Source of the DNA: an uncultured Candidatus Binatia bacterium
Lineage (GTDB): Bacteria; Desulfobacterota; Binatia; UBA9968; JAJDTQ01
Assembly: GCA_965213675.1 (NCBI GenBank)
Contig: OZ243916.1
Span: 1,536,001 to 1,600,000, forward strand
DNA length: 64,000 nucleotides
Direction of reading: 5' to 3'
Shown: piece by piece, positions 21,961 to 31,389 of the stretch
How the letters are laid out: every line of letters starts with the position of its first letter
Numbering within the stretch: the first letter of the stretch is position 1
Position numbers and translations under genes: made by a program
Notes under the pieces: model-generated
Database searches by the model: none
The model's input: only the letters and a program-made list of their open reading frames with translations
What the model was told of the DNA's origin: nothing

Positions 21961-24311
21961 TGTTCGCTCTTGGCATCCGTTACCTGAACGGATGGTCGAT
22001 GGCCGCTGCGGATGGGGCGAGAAAGGAGCGGGCCGAATGGCCGCCGCACCCGGATCGGGTGTTCATGGCCTTGGCCGCGGCTTGGTTCGAGACCGACGGA
22101 GGCGGCTCCGAAGGGGAAGCCCTGCTCTGGCTCGAATCCCTGCCGCCCCCTCAAATCGCCGCGTCGGATGCCGAGTTTCGCGCATCTGTGGTCAGCTACG
22201 TACCCGTCAACGACCCGAGCCTCGGTCGCAAGTTGCCGGCGGGCGGAGGCTTGAACGAGTTGAAGAAGGCCGGACTGGATCAACTCCCGGAGTACCGGTC
22301 GCGCCAGCCCCGCGGTTTTCCTGTCGCCATCCCTCGGGATCCGAAGGTGCACCTGATATGGCCGGACGCCCAAGCAGGTGTGCATCGCGAAGCCCTGGAC
22401 CGGCTGGCTGCCAAAGTCACGCATGTGGGGCATTCGGCATCGTTCGTGCAAGCATGGCTGGAAACCGCCCCGCCCCCGCCCGCGTGGGTTCCGGGGACCG
22501 GCGTCGCGCGTCAGCGCCTGCGTGTGACGAACCCCGGCCGCTTGAAGACGCTGGAAGAGCGCATGAACCGCAACGCCTGGACCGGATACCACGATCTTCG
22601 CCACGAGATCGAGCAGGCCGAGGCCGACATCAAAGCGACGAAGCGCCCGCCCAGGGCGCCTTGGGACTCATTTCCGGATGTGGTTCTGCTGGCCGGCGAA
22701 ATCCAAACCCGACAACATCGCGAGTACGCCGACGCAAAAGCCGCCGACGACGCCGTGGCCGCGGCCAACCTCGTCACCAACCTGGTTGACGAAGCAGCGG
22801 TTGCTGCGGTGCGGACACTGATCGCCCTGGCCAGCAGGAACGGCAGGCCGATCCTGGTCAGCGCGCATGCGTTTGAGGGGCAGGGTCTCAATGCCATTCC
22901 TGCTGCCTTGACGAAACTGCTGAGCGAACGGCTTCGCATCCCGCGCGAGACGACCGTTGTGCAGACGAACATTGTCTCCCACACGGGCGCAGACGGTTAT
23001 GGTCGCCTTGCGCGACAAGCCTGTTTCGACGGCCACATCGAAGCAGGTCAAGAGTACCTTATGGTGGACGACTTCGTCGGCCAGGGCGGTACCTTGGCCA
23101 ATCTGCGCGGCTGGATAGAAAAACAAGGCGGTCGGGTTGTTGGAGCCGTTGCTCTGACCGGCAAACCGTACTCCGCCAGGCTGAACCCTTCGAAGGAGCA
23201 ACTCCATGAACTCCGACAAAAGCACCGGACAGACTTTGAGAAGTGGTGGAAGGCCCACTTCGGCCACGCCTTCGATTGCCTTACTCAATCGGAAGCTCGG
23301 TACCTCGCCCGCTCCCCGGATGTTGACACCATCCGAAATCGCCTTGCTGCGGCAAAGCAAGGTGGAAGTGGATCGAGTCACGGGCGAGGTCCTGGCGAGC
23401 AAAGACAATACGTAAAGGAAATGAAGTCACGTCTGAGAGACCTCTTCCCTGAGGGTGAACCCGTGAGCCTGCGCCCCGTACCGGGCCACTGGCAAGGGTA
23501 CACGGAGGCATTGAAGGAGAGTGTTCCTGAAACACCGGGCTCGGTTTTCGACCCGCGGCTCATTGTCCTCAACATCAAGGGCAAGCGCGTGTCCTTGCCG
23601 GCCACGCTCAAGCTCACCGCGGCTCTGCGCGGCCTGTTGATGCGAGCGTGTGCCGATCAGCCGCCGCCCGAGTGGTTCAGCGGCCATCGCTCGGACGGAA
23701 GGCCAAGCGCCGACCCACATATCGCCCTGATACCCCTTCCCTTCGTCGGCGCCGAACATGCAGACGGTCGCGTCATGGGTTTGGGCCTAGTCCTGCCGGC
23801 CGACCTGGACCCATTGGCAGCCGGCCATTGCCTGGAACCTTTCCTGCACGACCCGGCCACCGGCTTGCCGCGCGAACATCCGTTGTTCGATGGCCAGTGG
23901 TTCGAGTGCGCCATCGAGTTGGAGACACGCGAACGACCGCCGCAGAATCTCCAACCGGCAACATGGACAAGAAAATCGTGCAGTTGGGCAAGCGTAACTC
24001 CAGTAGTCCTGAACCGGCATTTCGACGGGAAGGACAAATGGGCGCGGGCCGCGGACAGTGTGAAAGACGCCTGCCAGCATATCGGCCTGCCCCGCCCCCG
24101 AGAGGTGCTCCTACACCCCGTCTCGCTGGTCGAAAGCGCGCCCCACGCCAGGAACTACCCGCAACTAACCCGCAAGAACGCCGGCGGGGCGCGGAGCCAC
24201 AGCCACGCGGTGATCATCTTTGATGAGCCCGTGCAAGGGCCGGTACTGGTCGGGGCCGGGCGTTTCCGGGGGTATGGATTGTGCCGGCCAATGGATGGGG
24301 GAGGAGAGTAA
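21960..24311 (+). CDS. csb2: Type I-G Cas5/Cas6 fusion Csb2 with an inserted phosphoribosyltransferase domain (783 aa)
   Basis: TGATG overlap with csb1. N-terminal EWPPHPDRVFMAL, YVPVND and GHSASFV; C-terminal WASVTPVVL and Gly-rich GPVLVGAGRFRGYGLC loop. Roughly 250 aa longer than expected because of the internal domain. Confidence 0.92.
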   Translation: MFALGIRYLNGWSMAAADGARKERAEWPPHPDRVFMALAAAWFETDGGGSEGEALLWLESLPPPQIAASDAEFRASVVSYVPVNDPSLGRKLPAGGGLNELKKAGLDQLPEYRSRQPRGFPVAIPRDPKVHLIWPDAQAGVHREALDRLAAKVTHVGHSASFVQAWLETAPPPPAWVPGTGVARQRLRVTNPGRLKTLEERMNRNAWTGYHDLRHEIEQAEADIKATKRPPRAPWDSFPDVVLLAGEIQTRQHREYADAKAADDAVAAANLVTNLVDEAAVAAVRTLIALASRNGRPILVSAHAFEGQGLNAIPAALTKLLSERLRIPRETTVVQTNIVSHTGADGYGRLARQACFDGHIEAGQEYLMVDDFVGQGGTLANLRGWIEKQGGRVVGAVALTGKPYSARLNPSKEQLHELRQKHRTDFEKWWKAHFGHAFDCLTQSEARYLARSPDVDTIRNRLAAAKQGGSGSSHGRGPGEQRQYVKEMKSRLRDLFPEGEPVSLRPVPGHWQGYTEALKESVPETPGSVFDPRLIVLNIKGKRVSLPATLKLTAALRGLLMRACADQPPPEWFSGHRSDGRPSADPHIALIPLPFVGAEHADGRVMGLGLVLPADLDPLAAGHCLEPFLHDPATGLPREHPLFDGQWFECAIELETRERPPQNLQPATWTRKSCSWASVTPVVLNRHFDGKDKWARAADSVKDACQHIGLPRPREVLLHPVSLVESAPHARNYPQLTRKNAGGARSHSHAVIIFDEPVQGPVLVGAGRFRGYGLCRPMDGGGE
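22647..23360 (+). other. Type I PRTase domain inside Csb2
   Basis: PRPP-binding loop YLMVDDFVGQGGTL (23055-23096), preceded by NAIP and VSHTGADGYGRL and followed by GGRVVGAVALTG; flanked by helical, coiled-coil-like segments. Confidence 0.85.
23320..23415 (+). CDS. Possible 31-aa overlapping micro-ORF (MLTPSEIALLRQSKVEVDRVTGEVLASKDNT) in the +1 frame at the PRTase 3' end
   Basis: ATG 23320 to TAA 23415; amphipathic-helix-like; ends close to where Csb2-like sequence resumes. Confidence 0.25.
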   Translation: MLTPSEIALLRQSKVEVDRVTGEVLASKDNT

Positions 24312-24328
24312 CGTGACTGAGTTGACCG
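24312..24328 (+). repeat. Left copy of the 17-bp direct repeat bounding the type III-B block (CGTGACTGAGTTGACCG)
   Basis: 16/17 identical to 32579-32595; both copies contain a GTG start and encode VTELT. Confidence 0.85.
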
Positions 24329-26061
24329 ATGCGGCGCGGGAACACGTGCTACTGACACTGCTCGGAATGAACCCACAGGAGGCACGTTATCGCATAGAGA
24401 ACAAGACGGTGGACGCCACCCTCGCCCCCATCGCCCTGTTTGAGCTATTGCCGGAGGCAGACCGTCCGGACTGGATATTGGCGCTCTGCACGCCAGAGGC
24501 AAAAGGGGCCAGTTTGCCGATCCTCGAAGACGGGTTATCCGGCCAGTGTGTTGTGAAACCCGTTGACATTCCTGCCGGCAACTCTCAGGCGAACGTCCAT
24601 TCCTTCTTGGCTACAGTTGCCGCAGCCATACCGGAGAGAGCTGACCTCACGGTAGATGTTACCCACGGGTTCCGGCATTTTTCGTTCCTTACCTATGTCG
24701 CCGTCCTGTACGTATCGGCGCTTCGAGGCATACGGATACGCGGCGCGTACTACGGCATGTTGAGTCGCAATGATGTGAGTCCTTTTCTCGATTTGCGGCC
24801 GCTTCTTGAACTGCCCCGCTGGCTTCACGCGCTGCAGGTGTTGAAGGATACGGGGAGCGCCGCGTCCATTGCCCGCATCCTCAATGACGGCTCACAAGGA
24901 CAGGCGTCGCGGCGAATCGCAAAACGTCTGTCGCAGTTCTCGGAAGCGTACTTGTCCGGTCTTCCGCTCGAACTCGGCCGTCACGCGGATGAGTTCGAGC
25001 AGCAATCAATGAAGCCATTGAAGAAGCTACTCCAGAAGGATCACGCCTTACCCCTCGGGAACGAGTTGGCTGATCAACTTGCAGGGTTCCTGAAGCCGTT
25101 GGCCTTGGGATCACAAGTTTCAGGGAGCGGGTGGAAGCAAAAGATGGCGCTGTCGAAGGAGGAATTGGAGCGCCAAGCCGCAGTCATCGACAATCTGCTG
25201 CGCCACGGAAGCGTCACAGCCGCATTGGGTCTCATGAACGAGTGGACCGTATCGTGGGTGATTTGGGTCCGCGCGGAACGCAAAAGCGAGTGGCTCGACT
25301 ACCGCAAGGTCCGGCGCGACGCTGCGAGCCGTCTCGGCGCCATAAGGGCCATCGGCAACGACTCTGAATTGTGTTCGCTGTTGACGAAGGAACAGCGTTT
25401 GCTCGGAGCTTTTTGGAGAAAACTGTCTGACCTTCGCAATGGATACCACCACCACGGCATGCGCCCGCAGGTCCTGATCGGCGACGCGCAAACCGAGAAT
25501 GAGCTTCAGTGTGTGCGAGAATACTGGACGACAACGCTACGATCATGCCCTGAGAATTTCAGGTTCTCGCTCGGTGATTCGTCTGGAGGCCAAGTGCTGG
25601 TCAGTCCCATCGGGATGCGGCCCGGCGTACTGTACAGCGCATTGCACGCATGCAAGGGGGACAACAGCAAGAACATGTTGTCGCATTGCCTCGTGATCTG
25701 CTCGCCCGAAACCCAAGGGAGGATCGACGAAGCAGTAGAGCACGCGGGGTACAAAGGGCCTGTTGAACCGCTTGTTATCGAAGACGCATTCGGCGGTGGC
25801 TCCGGGGAAATCCACAGCGTCGTGGCGAGAGGGCGAAAACACATCATCGGCGCCGAGGCCGTCTTCGTGAACGTCACCGGCGGCACGACGCTCATGGGCC
25901 TTGCCGCCGAAGCCCTCGCCAGTGCAGGGCGTGAACTTGCCTGTCCGGTGCGCCGGTTCGGTATGATCGACCGCCGGCCGCCAAGAGAACAGGAGGACGA
26001 CCCCTACCGGGCCGGTGAACCCTTCTGGCTGGACGCGGGAGAAGACAAGGATGCCAACTGA
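24313..26061 (+). CDS. csx1: Csx1/TM1812-family CARF-HEPN ribonuclease with an extra C-terminal CARF domain (582 aa)
   Basis: DVTHGFRH CARF motif (24655), HEPN R-x4-H motif RNGYHH (25435-25452), second CARF-like domain VLVSPIGMRPGVL...VNVTGGTTLM (25591-26061). Confidence 0.85.
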   Translation: MTELTDAAREHVLLTLLGMNPQEARYRIENKTVDATLAPIALFELLPEADRPDWILALCTPEAKGASLPILEDGLSGQCVVKPVDIPAGNSQANVHSFLATVAAAIPERADLTVDVTHGFRHFSFLTYVAVLYVSALRGIRIRGAYYGMLSRNDVSPFLDLRPLLELPRWLHALQVLKDTGSAASIARILNDGSQGQASRRIAKRLSQFSEAYLSGLPLELGRHADEFEQQSMKPLKKLLQKDHALPLGNELADQLAGFLKPLALGSQVSGSGWKQKMALSKEELERQAAVIDNLLRHGSVTAALGLMNEWTVSWVIWVRAERKSEWLDYRKVRRDAASRLGAIRAIGNDSELCSLLTKEQRLLGAFWRKLSDLRNGYHHHGMRPQVLIGDAQTENELQCVREYWTTTLRSCPENFRFSLGDSSGGQVLVSPIGMRPGVLYSALHACKGDNSKNMLSHCLVICSPETQGRIDEAVEHAGYKGPVEPLVIEDAFGGGSGEIHSVVARGRKHIIGAEAVFVNVTGGTTLMGLAAEALASAGRELACPVRRFGMIDRRPPREQEDDPYRAGEPFWLDAGEDKDAN

Positions 26062-27064
26062 AATTCAGGCAACGTATCGTGTCATCACCCCGCTGTTCTG
26101 CGCTGGCGCCACTCGCTCTCACGCCGAACTTCGGACATCGTCCTTCAAGGGCGTGCTGCGCTTCTGGTGGCGGGCGCTGGCATGGTCGCGGCATAATGGA
26201 GATCTTCAAAGTATCCAGGATCACGAGAATCTGATCTTCGGAGCGGCCACTGTTGGCCAATCTCGCGTTTCCATTCTGCCGATTTCGATCAATGAAACAG
26301 TGTCCGGTTTCGGACACAATTTGGGACTTGGCCAAAGCGCTCGCTACTTGGCCCATGGCCTTCTGGAGAAAGACGAGAACAAGAAACGGGGGTTTCTTGA
26401 TCCAGATTTTAACCTCGTTGTTAGGATGAGAGTACGCGACTGTGATGACCGTCAAAAAGACCTGCTGAGAGATGCCTTGATCGCCTTGGGAATGTTCGGC
26501 GGCATGGGTGCAAGAAGTCGCAAGGGATTTGGCTCGACTTCTATCCGCTCTTTTCGCTTCGCAGGCGAACAGCAATCATTCGAGGTAGGGTCCGTACGGG
26601 AGTTGAGCCGCACGATCAAGCAGGTGTGTAGCGCTTATCGTCTATCAATCATGCCCGAATATACAGGGTTATCCAAAAGGGCTCGCCATCTGCTCCTTTC
26701 GAGCGACGGAAGTAACCCGCTTCAGTTGCTCGACAAGATCGGCGAAGAACTCAGGGAGGCCATTAGAACCGTACCACCTCTTCAGCGCATCGCCTTCGGT
26801 CTGCCACGCAAACCCCGCAACGACCGCCGCGCCAGCCCTTTGTTTATCCACATTCACGAGTGTGGTGATTCTCCGGTCGCCGTACTGTCGTTCCTCCCCG
26901 CGCGATTTCTGCCTGAACCCAAAGCGAATACTCCGGCCGCGGGAAACGGAATTGCTCAGCGTCCGATTCATGAACTCTACCGCCCGATTCACGACTTTCT
27001 TGACCGCCTGCTCGATCCGCAACGGAAGGGCCAGTTCACCGTTGTCCAGGAGGTGCAGCCGTGA
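26051..27064 (+). CDS. cmr1: Type III-B RAMP subunit Cmr1
   Basis: ITPLFCAGA, SFKGVLRFWWRA, GGMGARSRKGFGS, FGLP and RRASPLFI motifs. Confidence 0.92.
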   Translation: MPTEIQATYRVITPLFCAGATRSHAELRTSSFKGVLRFWWRALAWSRHNGDLQSIQDHENLIFGAATVGQSRVSILPISINETVSGFGHNLGLGQSARYLAHGLLEKDENKKRGFLDPDFNLVVRMRVRDCDDRQKDLLRDALIALGMFGGMGARSRKGFGSTSIRSFRFAGEQQSFEVGSVRELSRTIKQVCSAYRLSIMPEYTGLSKRARHLLLSSDGSNPLQLLDKIGEELREAIRTVPPLQRIAFGLPRKPRNDRRASPLFIHIHECGDSPVAVLSFLPARFLPEPKANTPAAGNGIAQRPIHELYRPIHDFLDRLLDPQRKGQFTVVQEVQP

Positions 27065-29028
27065 CGATGCGTCTCGACATCTCCATCGGACCCGTGCAGG
27101 GCCTCGTCACCCAGTCTCGACGCACGCGCGATCTGTGGGGCAGATCTTACTTGCTGTCATTCTTGTCCGCCCACGCGATGCGCGGCGCACAAGTGGCAGG
27201 CGGCAGGTTCATCCAACCGGTGGCCGAAGTTGTCGAAACGGACCATCTTTACCGTTGGGTTCGCGGCCAACGGGAGGACGAATCGCCGCGAATCGGTTCG
27301 GTCTCGAACCATTTTGCTCTGGAAGTGGATGGAGATGTGCAAGAGGTTGCCGAGGAGAGCAGACGGGCGTTCGACGAGGCCTGGATGCGTGTGTGCAGAG
27401 CCGTTTGGGAGCGTTTCGTCAGGCATGCCTGTTCGCACGGGAATGCCACGGATGGCATCTGGCACCGTCAGATTGGTGGGTTCTGGGAGGTCATGTGGAC
27501 GGCGGGGGCATCGAACACCGGGGGCGGTTTGCTTGGCCGCCGCAAGCATTGGCGCAGTCACCATCCGCCCGAGGAACCCGGCGACAAGTGTACAGTCATG
27601 CACGATTGGCAGGAGTTGTCGGGCCACGTTCGAGGGGAAAGCCGAACAAGTCGTGACTTGCAGGATCGGTTTTGGAAGACCGTCCGCGAGGGCACCGGGC
27701 GCCTGGGCTTGCGGGACAACGAGCGTTTGTGCGCCGTCGCGTTGGTGAAGCGGCTGTTCCCGGAGGTCGCCCGTGAAGCCTTGGGCTGGCGGGTCGACGC
27801 GTCGCACTGGCCGTCAACCGTTTACGTCGGCGCCTTGCCCTGGATCTGCCGGGTGGTGCAGACCGAACCGGAACTGGCAAGCGAATATGCCGCAGCTGTC
27901 AAGCAGAGCACCACCACAGGCGTTCTGGCGGAGCGGAAGCCTTTGTTCGCCGGCCTGGAGAAGGAGAATGCTGGCGACTTCGCCAAACTCGACGCGAACT
28001 ACATGCGGCGTGAATCCGTCGCCAATGAACGGCTTTGTCCGTTGAATGATGACGCTATAGCCGGCACCCGCGAGAAGCTGGACAGCCTGTTGAAAGCCGT
28101 CTACGACGCCCGCGACGAATCCGGCCGCAAACTTGGGCCGCCGCCAGCCTTCTACGCCCTCCTCCTTGCTGACGGCGACCATCTCGGCAAGCTGTTGGGT
28201 GACCTCGGAGGCGAGACGGTGAGCCGGGCGTTGGCGGCTTTCACAACCAAGGTTCCGCAGATCGTGGGCGATTCTCGAGGCGTCACGATCTATGCGGGTG
28301 GAGACGACGTGCTCGCCATGCTGCCTGTACCGGGCGCCCTGGACTGTGCGGACAAGCTCGCCGAGGCATATCGAGCGGCATTTGAAGACGCCGGGGCGCC
28401 TGCCGGGACGACCCTGTCCGCGGCGGTGATCTTCGCCCACATTCGTTTGCCGCTCAACCACGTCGTTGGCGAAGCGCATCGGCTGCTGGACGATGTTGCC
28501 AAGGACGGGAATGGCCGCAATTCCCTGGTTGCGGCGGTTCTAAAGCCGGGTGGCATGCAGTGCCAATGGACAACGACGTGGGTCCGCAGTGGTCCGGAAG
28601 GCGCCATGAGCGCGGTGGGGTCGCTCGGTAATCTGATTGGACAACTCAAAAGCAGCACAACGGAACCCGGCCTTTCCTCCTCGCTCATTTACCGGATGCG
28701 GGACACCCTCACCCGGCTCTGCGGCTGGGACTCATGGCAACCCGGCAATTGGGGTGCGCTGCCTCAAGGTCTGGATGTTCGCGCATTCCTGCGGGCGGAG
28801 ATACACCACAGCCTGGATTCAAGAATGGATGGCGGCGCGGACGCTCGGGCCGACGTAATGGCCGATTGCGTCTGGAACCTGCTGGGTTCGGCGCGGAATC
28901 CACAAGGCGACAACCCTGATGCACTACTGGCTGGCAACGCGAACATGTCCGTTGCCGAAGCTGGCGTTGATTCGCTGTTGCTCGCCCGATTTCTCGCAGA
29001 CCCTGAAGAACAGGAGTCAAACCGATGA
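27061..29028 (+). CDS. cas10: Type III-B Cas10/Cmr2, no HD domain, intact GGDD palm
   Basis: Starts directly with SIGPVQ..SRRTRDLW; YALLLADGDHLG and IYAGGDDVLA (GGDD at 28297-28308). Confidence 0.94.
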   Translation: MTMRLDISIGPVQGLVTQSRRTRDLWGRSYLLSFLSAHAMRGAQVAGGRFIQPVAEVVETDHLYRWVRGQREDESPRIGSVSNHFALEVDGDVQEVAEESRRAFDEAWMRVCRAVWERFVRHACSHGNATDGIWHRQIGGFWEVMWTAGASNTGGGLLGRRKHWRSHHPPEEPGDKCTVMHDWQELSGHVRGESRTSRDLQDRFWKTVREGTGRLGLRDNERLCAVALVKRLFPEVAREALGWRVDASHWPSTVYVGALPWICRVVQTEPELASEYAAAVKQSTTTGVLAERKPLFAGLEKENAGDFAKLDANYMRRESVANERLCPLNDDAIAGTREKLDSLLKAVYDARDESGRKLGPPPAFYALLLADGDHLGKLLGDLGGETVSRALAAFTTKVPQIVGDSRGVTIYAGGDDVLAMLPVPGALDCADKLAEAYRAAFEDAGAPAGTTLSAAVIFAHIRLPLNHVVGEAHRLLDDVAKDGNGRNSLVAAVLKPGGMQCQWTTTWVRSGPEGAMSAVGSLGNLIGQLKSSTTEPGLSSSLIYRMRDTLTRLCGWDSWQPGNWGALPQGLDVRAFLRAEIHHSLDSRMDGGADARADVMADCVWNLLGSARNPQGDNPDALLAGNANMSVAEAGVDSLLLARFLADPEEQESNR

Positions 29029-30143
29029 TTGGCGTTCGGCTTCAGCCGGTTGACACCTGGTTCTTTCGCGACGGGACACCGTTCACCCAGGACAGCACGC
29101 CCCAGGAGAACGTCCGCAGTTTTTTTCCACCGCATCCGCCGACGGTCGTGGGCGCGCTCCGGGCGGCTTTGGCCCGCGACAACGGTTGGACGGGCCAAGG
29201 ACGTTGGCCGCAACGAATTTGCGACGTGCTCGGCGACGGCCCGGAGCACCTGGGGGCTCTTTCCTTTGTCGGCCCCTTTCTTCTCCGCAACGAAGAACCG
29301 CTGTTTCACGCACCGCGTCATCTGCTGGGTTCGACGGCCGGCGCGCTTTGGCACCCAGACGCCTTCCTCCGGCCCGGCGCTCCGGTGATGTGCGATCTGG
29401 CTCCGAGGGAGGGAATCCGGCTCCCTGAAGTATCCAGCAACACAGAAGACATCGAAAAACTCAAGACCGGCGATGGCCGTTGGCTGACACGGGACGGCAT
29501 GGGCACCGTGCTTCGTGGTGGTCTTCCGCGCCCCAACGACGTGATACCAGATCGTTGCCTGTGGTCCGACGAACCGCGCATTGGCTTGGAACGCGACAAC
29601 ACGACGCGCACGGCCATGGAAGGCATGCTCTACAGCAACCAGCACATTCGCCCGCTACGAGAAGTTGCGCTCGGCATGAAAGTTGCCGGCCTGCCCCAAG
29701 GATGGACGCCGCCCTTCGAAGAGTTGATACCCTTGGGCGGCGAGAGCCGCCTCGCCGAGTGTCAGGAGTGGAACACGGATTTGGCTCTTGAGACGGACAT
29801 GGAGAAAATCAAAGCCACCGGAAAGGCCGCTGTCATCGCTCTTTCGCCGGTGGAACTGACGGAGGACATATGTCGCGGGGCCGAACCGATTGACGATCTG
29901 TGCGGCGCCCGTATCGTATCGGCCTGTCTGGACCGGCCGTCGCGAATCGGCGGGTGGAATTCCTTGGCGTGCCGTCCGTTGCCGCTGCGATCCGTGTTGG
30001 GATCGGGCAGCGTCCTCTTTTGCGAGATCGACGACCCGGAACATTTCGCGGAGAACATGGCAACCGGCGACGGGCTGGCGCGCATAGGTTCTCGCCGTGA
30101 ATGGGGTTTTGGTCTCGTCGCGGTCGGCAATTGGCCAGATTAA
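29025..30143 (+). CDS. cmr3: Type III-B subunit Cmr3
   Basis: PVDTWFFRDGTPF, PPHPPTVVGALR, LGGESR, IGGWN and terminal GFG motifs. Confidence 0.93.
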   Translation: MIGVRLQPVDTWFFRDGTPFTQDSTPQENVRSFFPPHPPTVVGALRAALARDNGWTGQGRWPQRICDVLGDGPEHLGALSFVGPFLLRNEEPLFHAPRHLLGSTAGALWHPDAFLRPGAPVMCDLAPREGIRLPEVSSNTEDIEKLKTGDGRWLTRDGMGTVLRGGLPRPNDVIPDRCLWSDEPRIGLERDNTTRTAMEGMLYSNQHIRPLREVALGMKVAGLPQGWTPPFEELIPLGGESRLAECQEWNTDLALETDMEKIKATGKAAVIALSPVELTEDICRGAEPIDDLCGARIVSACLDRPSRIGGWNSLACRPLPLRSVLGSGSVLFCEIDDPEHFAENMATGDGLARIGSRREWGFGLVAVGNWPD

Positions 30144-30157
30144 CAGGAGGAAAATTC

Positions 30158-30982
30158 ATGAGAGCAGCGATGCTGGGGCTGTTGGCCGAAACACCCATCC
30201 ATCCTGGTGCCGGGCGCGGCATGGGCGTGGTGGACCTGCCTGTGGCCCGAGAGGCTGCCACCGACTATCCCGTGCTCGTCGGATCGAGCTTGAAGGGCGC
30301 ACTGCGTGACAAGGCGGACGACAGTTCCAGCGACGAGCGGTTCGGGAGACCAGATCACGCGGGTGACCTGCTGGTGTCGGACGCACGGCTGTTGCTGTTG
30401 CCAGTTCGCAGTCTGACCGGTGCATACCGCTGGACCACTTGTCCGCATCTCATCGAACGGTACGTTCGCGATTGTGCCCGCTCGGGTAGACAAACAGAGT
30501 CTTTGGCGAGCCTAGATGTGGACAAGGGAAAGGTGCTTGCGAACGGTTCCGGCGACCTGTTGTTCCTTGAAGAAAGGCAGTTCACCATCCAAGAACCTGC
30601 ACCCGGCTTGAAAGCCATCATCGCGCCGCTACTGCTTCATGAAGAAACGCGAAATCGGTTGGATGAACAGATCGCCGTACTGAACGATGACGATTTCGCT
30701 TGGTTCGTGCGTTACGGCCTTTCTGTACAGGCACGCAACGTTCTGGATAAAGATGGGAGCAAAAGGAGCAAAAACCTGTGGTACGAGGAAACTCTGCCTC
30801 CCGATACGGTGCTATATGCCGTCATCACGGGCCGAAGCAACACGGCTCTGGACACTTTGGATTCCATCTTTCCCGATAGCGACCCCTACCTGCAAGCCGG
30901 CGGCAACGAAACCGTCGGTCAGGGCTGGTTCGCCGTCAGCGTCCTCAAGCCCGCCGCCAAAAATGGGGAGAACTCCCAATGA
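30158..30982 (+). CDS. cmr4: Type III-B backbone RNase Cmr4
   Basis: ETPIHPGAG..VVDLPVARE (catalytic Asp retained), GSSLKGALR, LWYEETLPPDT, QAGGNETVGQG; AGGAGG RBS. Confidence 0.95.
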   Translation: MRAAMLGLLAETPIHPGAGRGMGVVDLPVAREAATDYPVLVGSSLKGALRDKADDSSSDERFGRPDHAGDLLVSDARLLLLPVRSLTGAYRWTTCPHLIERYVRDCARSGRQTESLASLDVDKGKVLANGSGDLLFLEERQFTIQEPAPGLKAIIAPLLLHEETRNRLDEQIAVLNDDDFAWFVRYGLSVQARNVLDKDGSKRSKNLWYEETLPPDTVLYAVITGRSNTALDTLDSIFPDSDPYLQAGGNETVGQGWFAVSVLKPAAKNGENSQ

Positions 30983-31389
30983 GGACCATCGAACAGGAAC
31001 GTGCGGCAAACGCCCTTGGGCGTGTGAGCGAACTGAGTAGCGAGATCCAAAGCGTCAAGGTGCGTTACAGAAGTTACGTGGATCGCCTCGGACCGGCCAT
31101 CGTGATGAACGGTTTGGGGCAGGCACTGGCTACGGAGCTTGCGGCGGCTGGCTCAGAACCGAACAATCCGGAGGCGAAGGCGCACCAGTATCTCTATAAA
31201 AGTGTCCAGGGGTGGCTTTGCCGCGACGGCGGCGTTTATCCGCCCGATACAGATCTCTTGCAGGTTCTTATGGAGAAGGACGAAGCGCATTACGTCCGCG
31301 CCCAAGCCGAAGCGTTGGCGTGGCTTGAGTGGCACAAGAAGTGCTGCCGAGCCTCTCTTCCGAAGGCGACACAAGGAGACGATTCGTGA
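30979..31389 (+). CDS. cmr5: Type III-B small subunit Cmr5
   Basis: EQERAANAL, MNGLGQALA, EALAWLEWHKK; sits between cmr4 and cmr6. Confidence 0.92.
   Translation: MRTIEQERAANALGRVSELSSEIQSVKVRYRSYVDRLGPAIVMNGLGQALATELAAAGSEPNNPEAKAHQYLYKSVQGWLCRDGGVYPPDTDLLQVLMEKDEAHYVRAQAEALAWLEWHKKCCRASLPKATQGDDS

Noticed and set aside
22647-23360. Intein or IS as the explanation for the Csb2 insert
   Set aside because: No Cys/Ser...His-Asn splice motifs, homing-endonuclease motif, terminal inverted repeats or transposase features; the PRPP loop indicates a PRTase.
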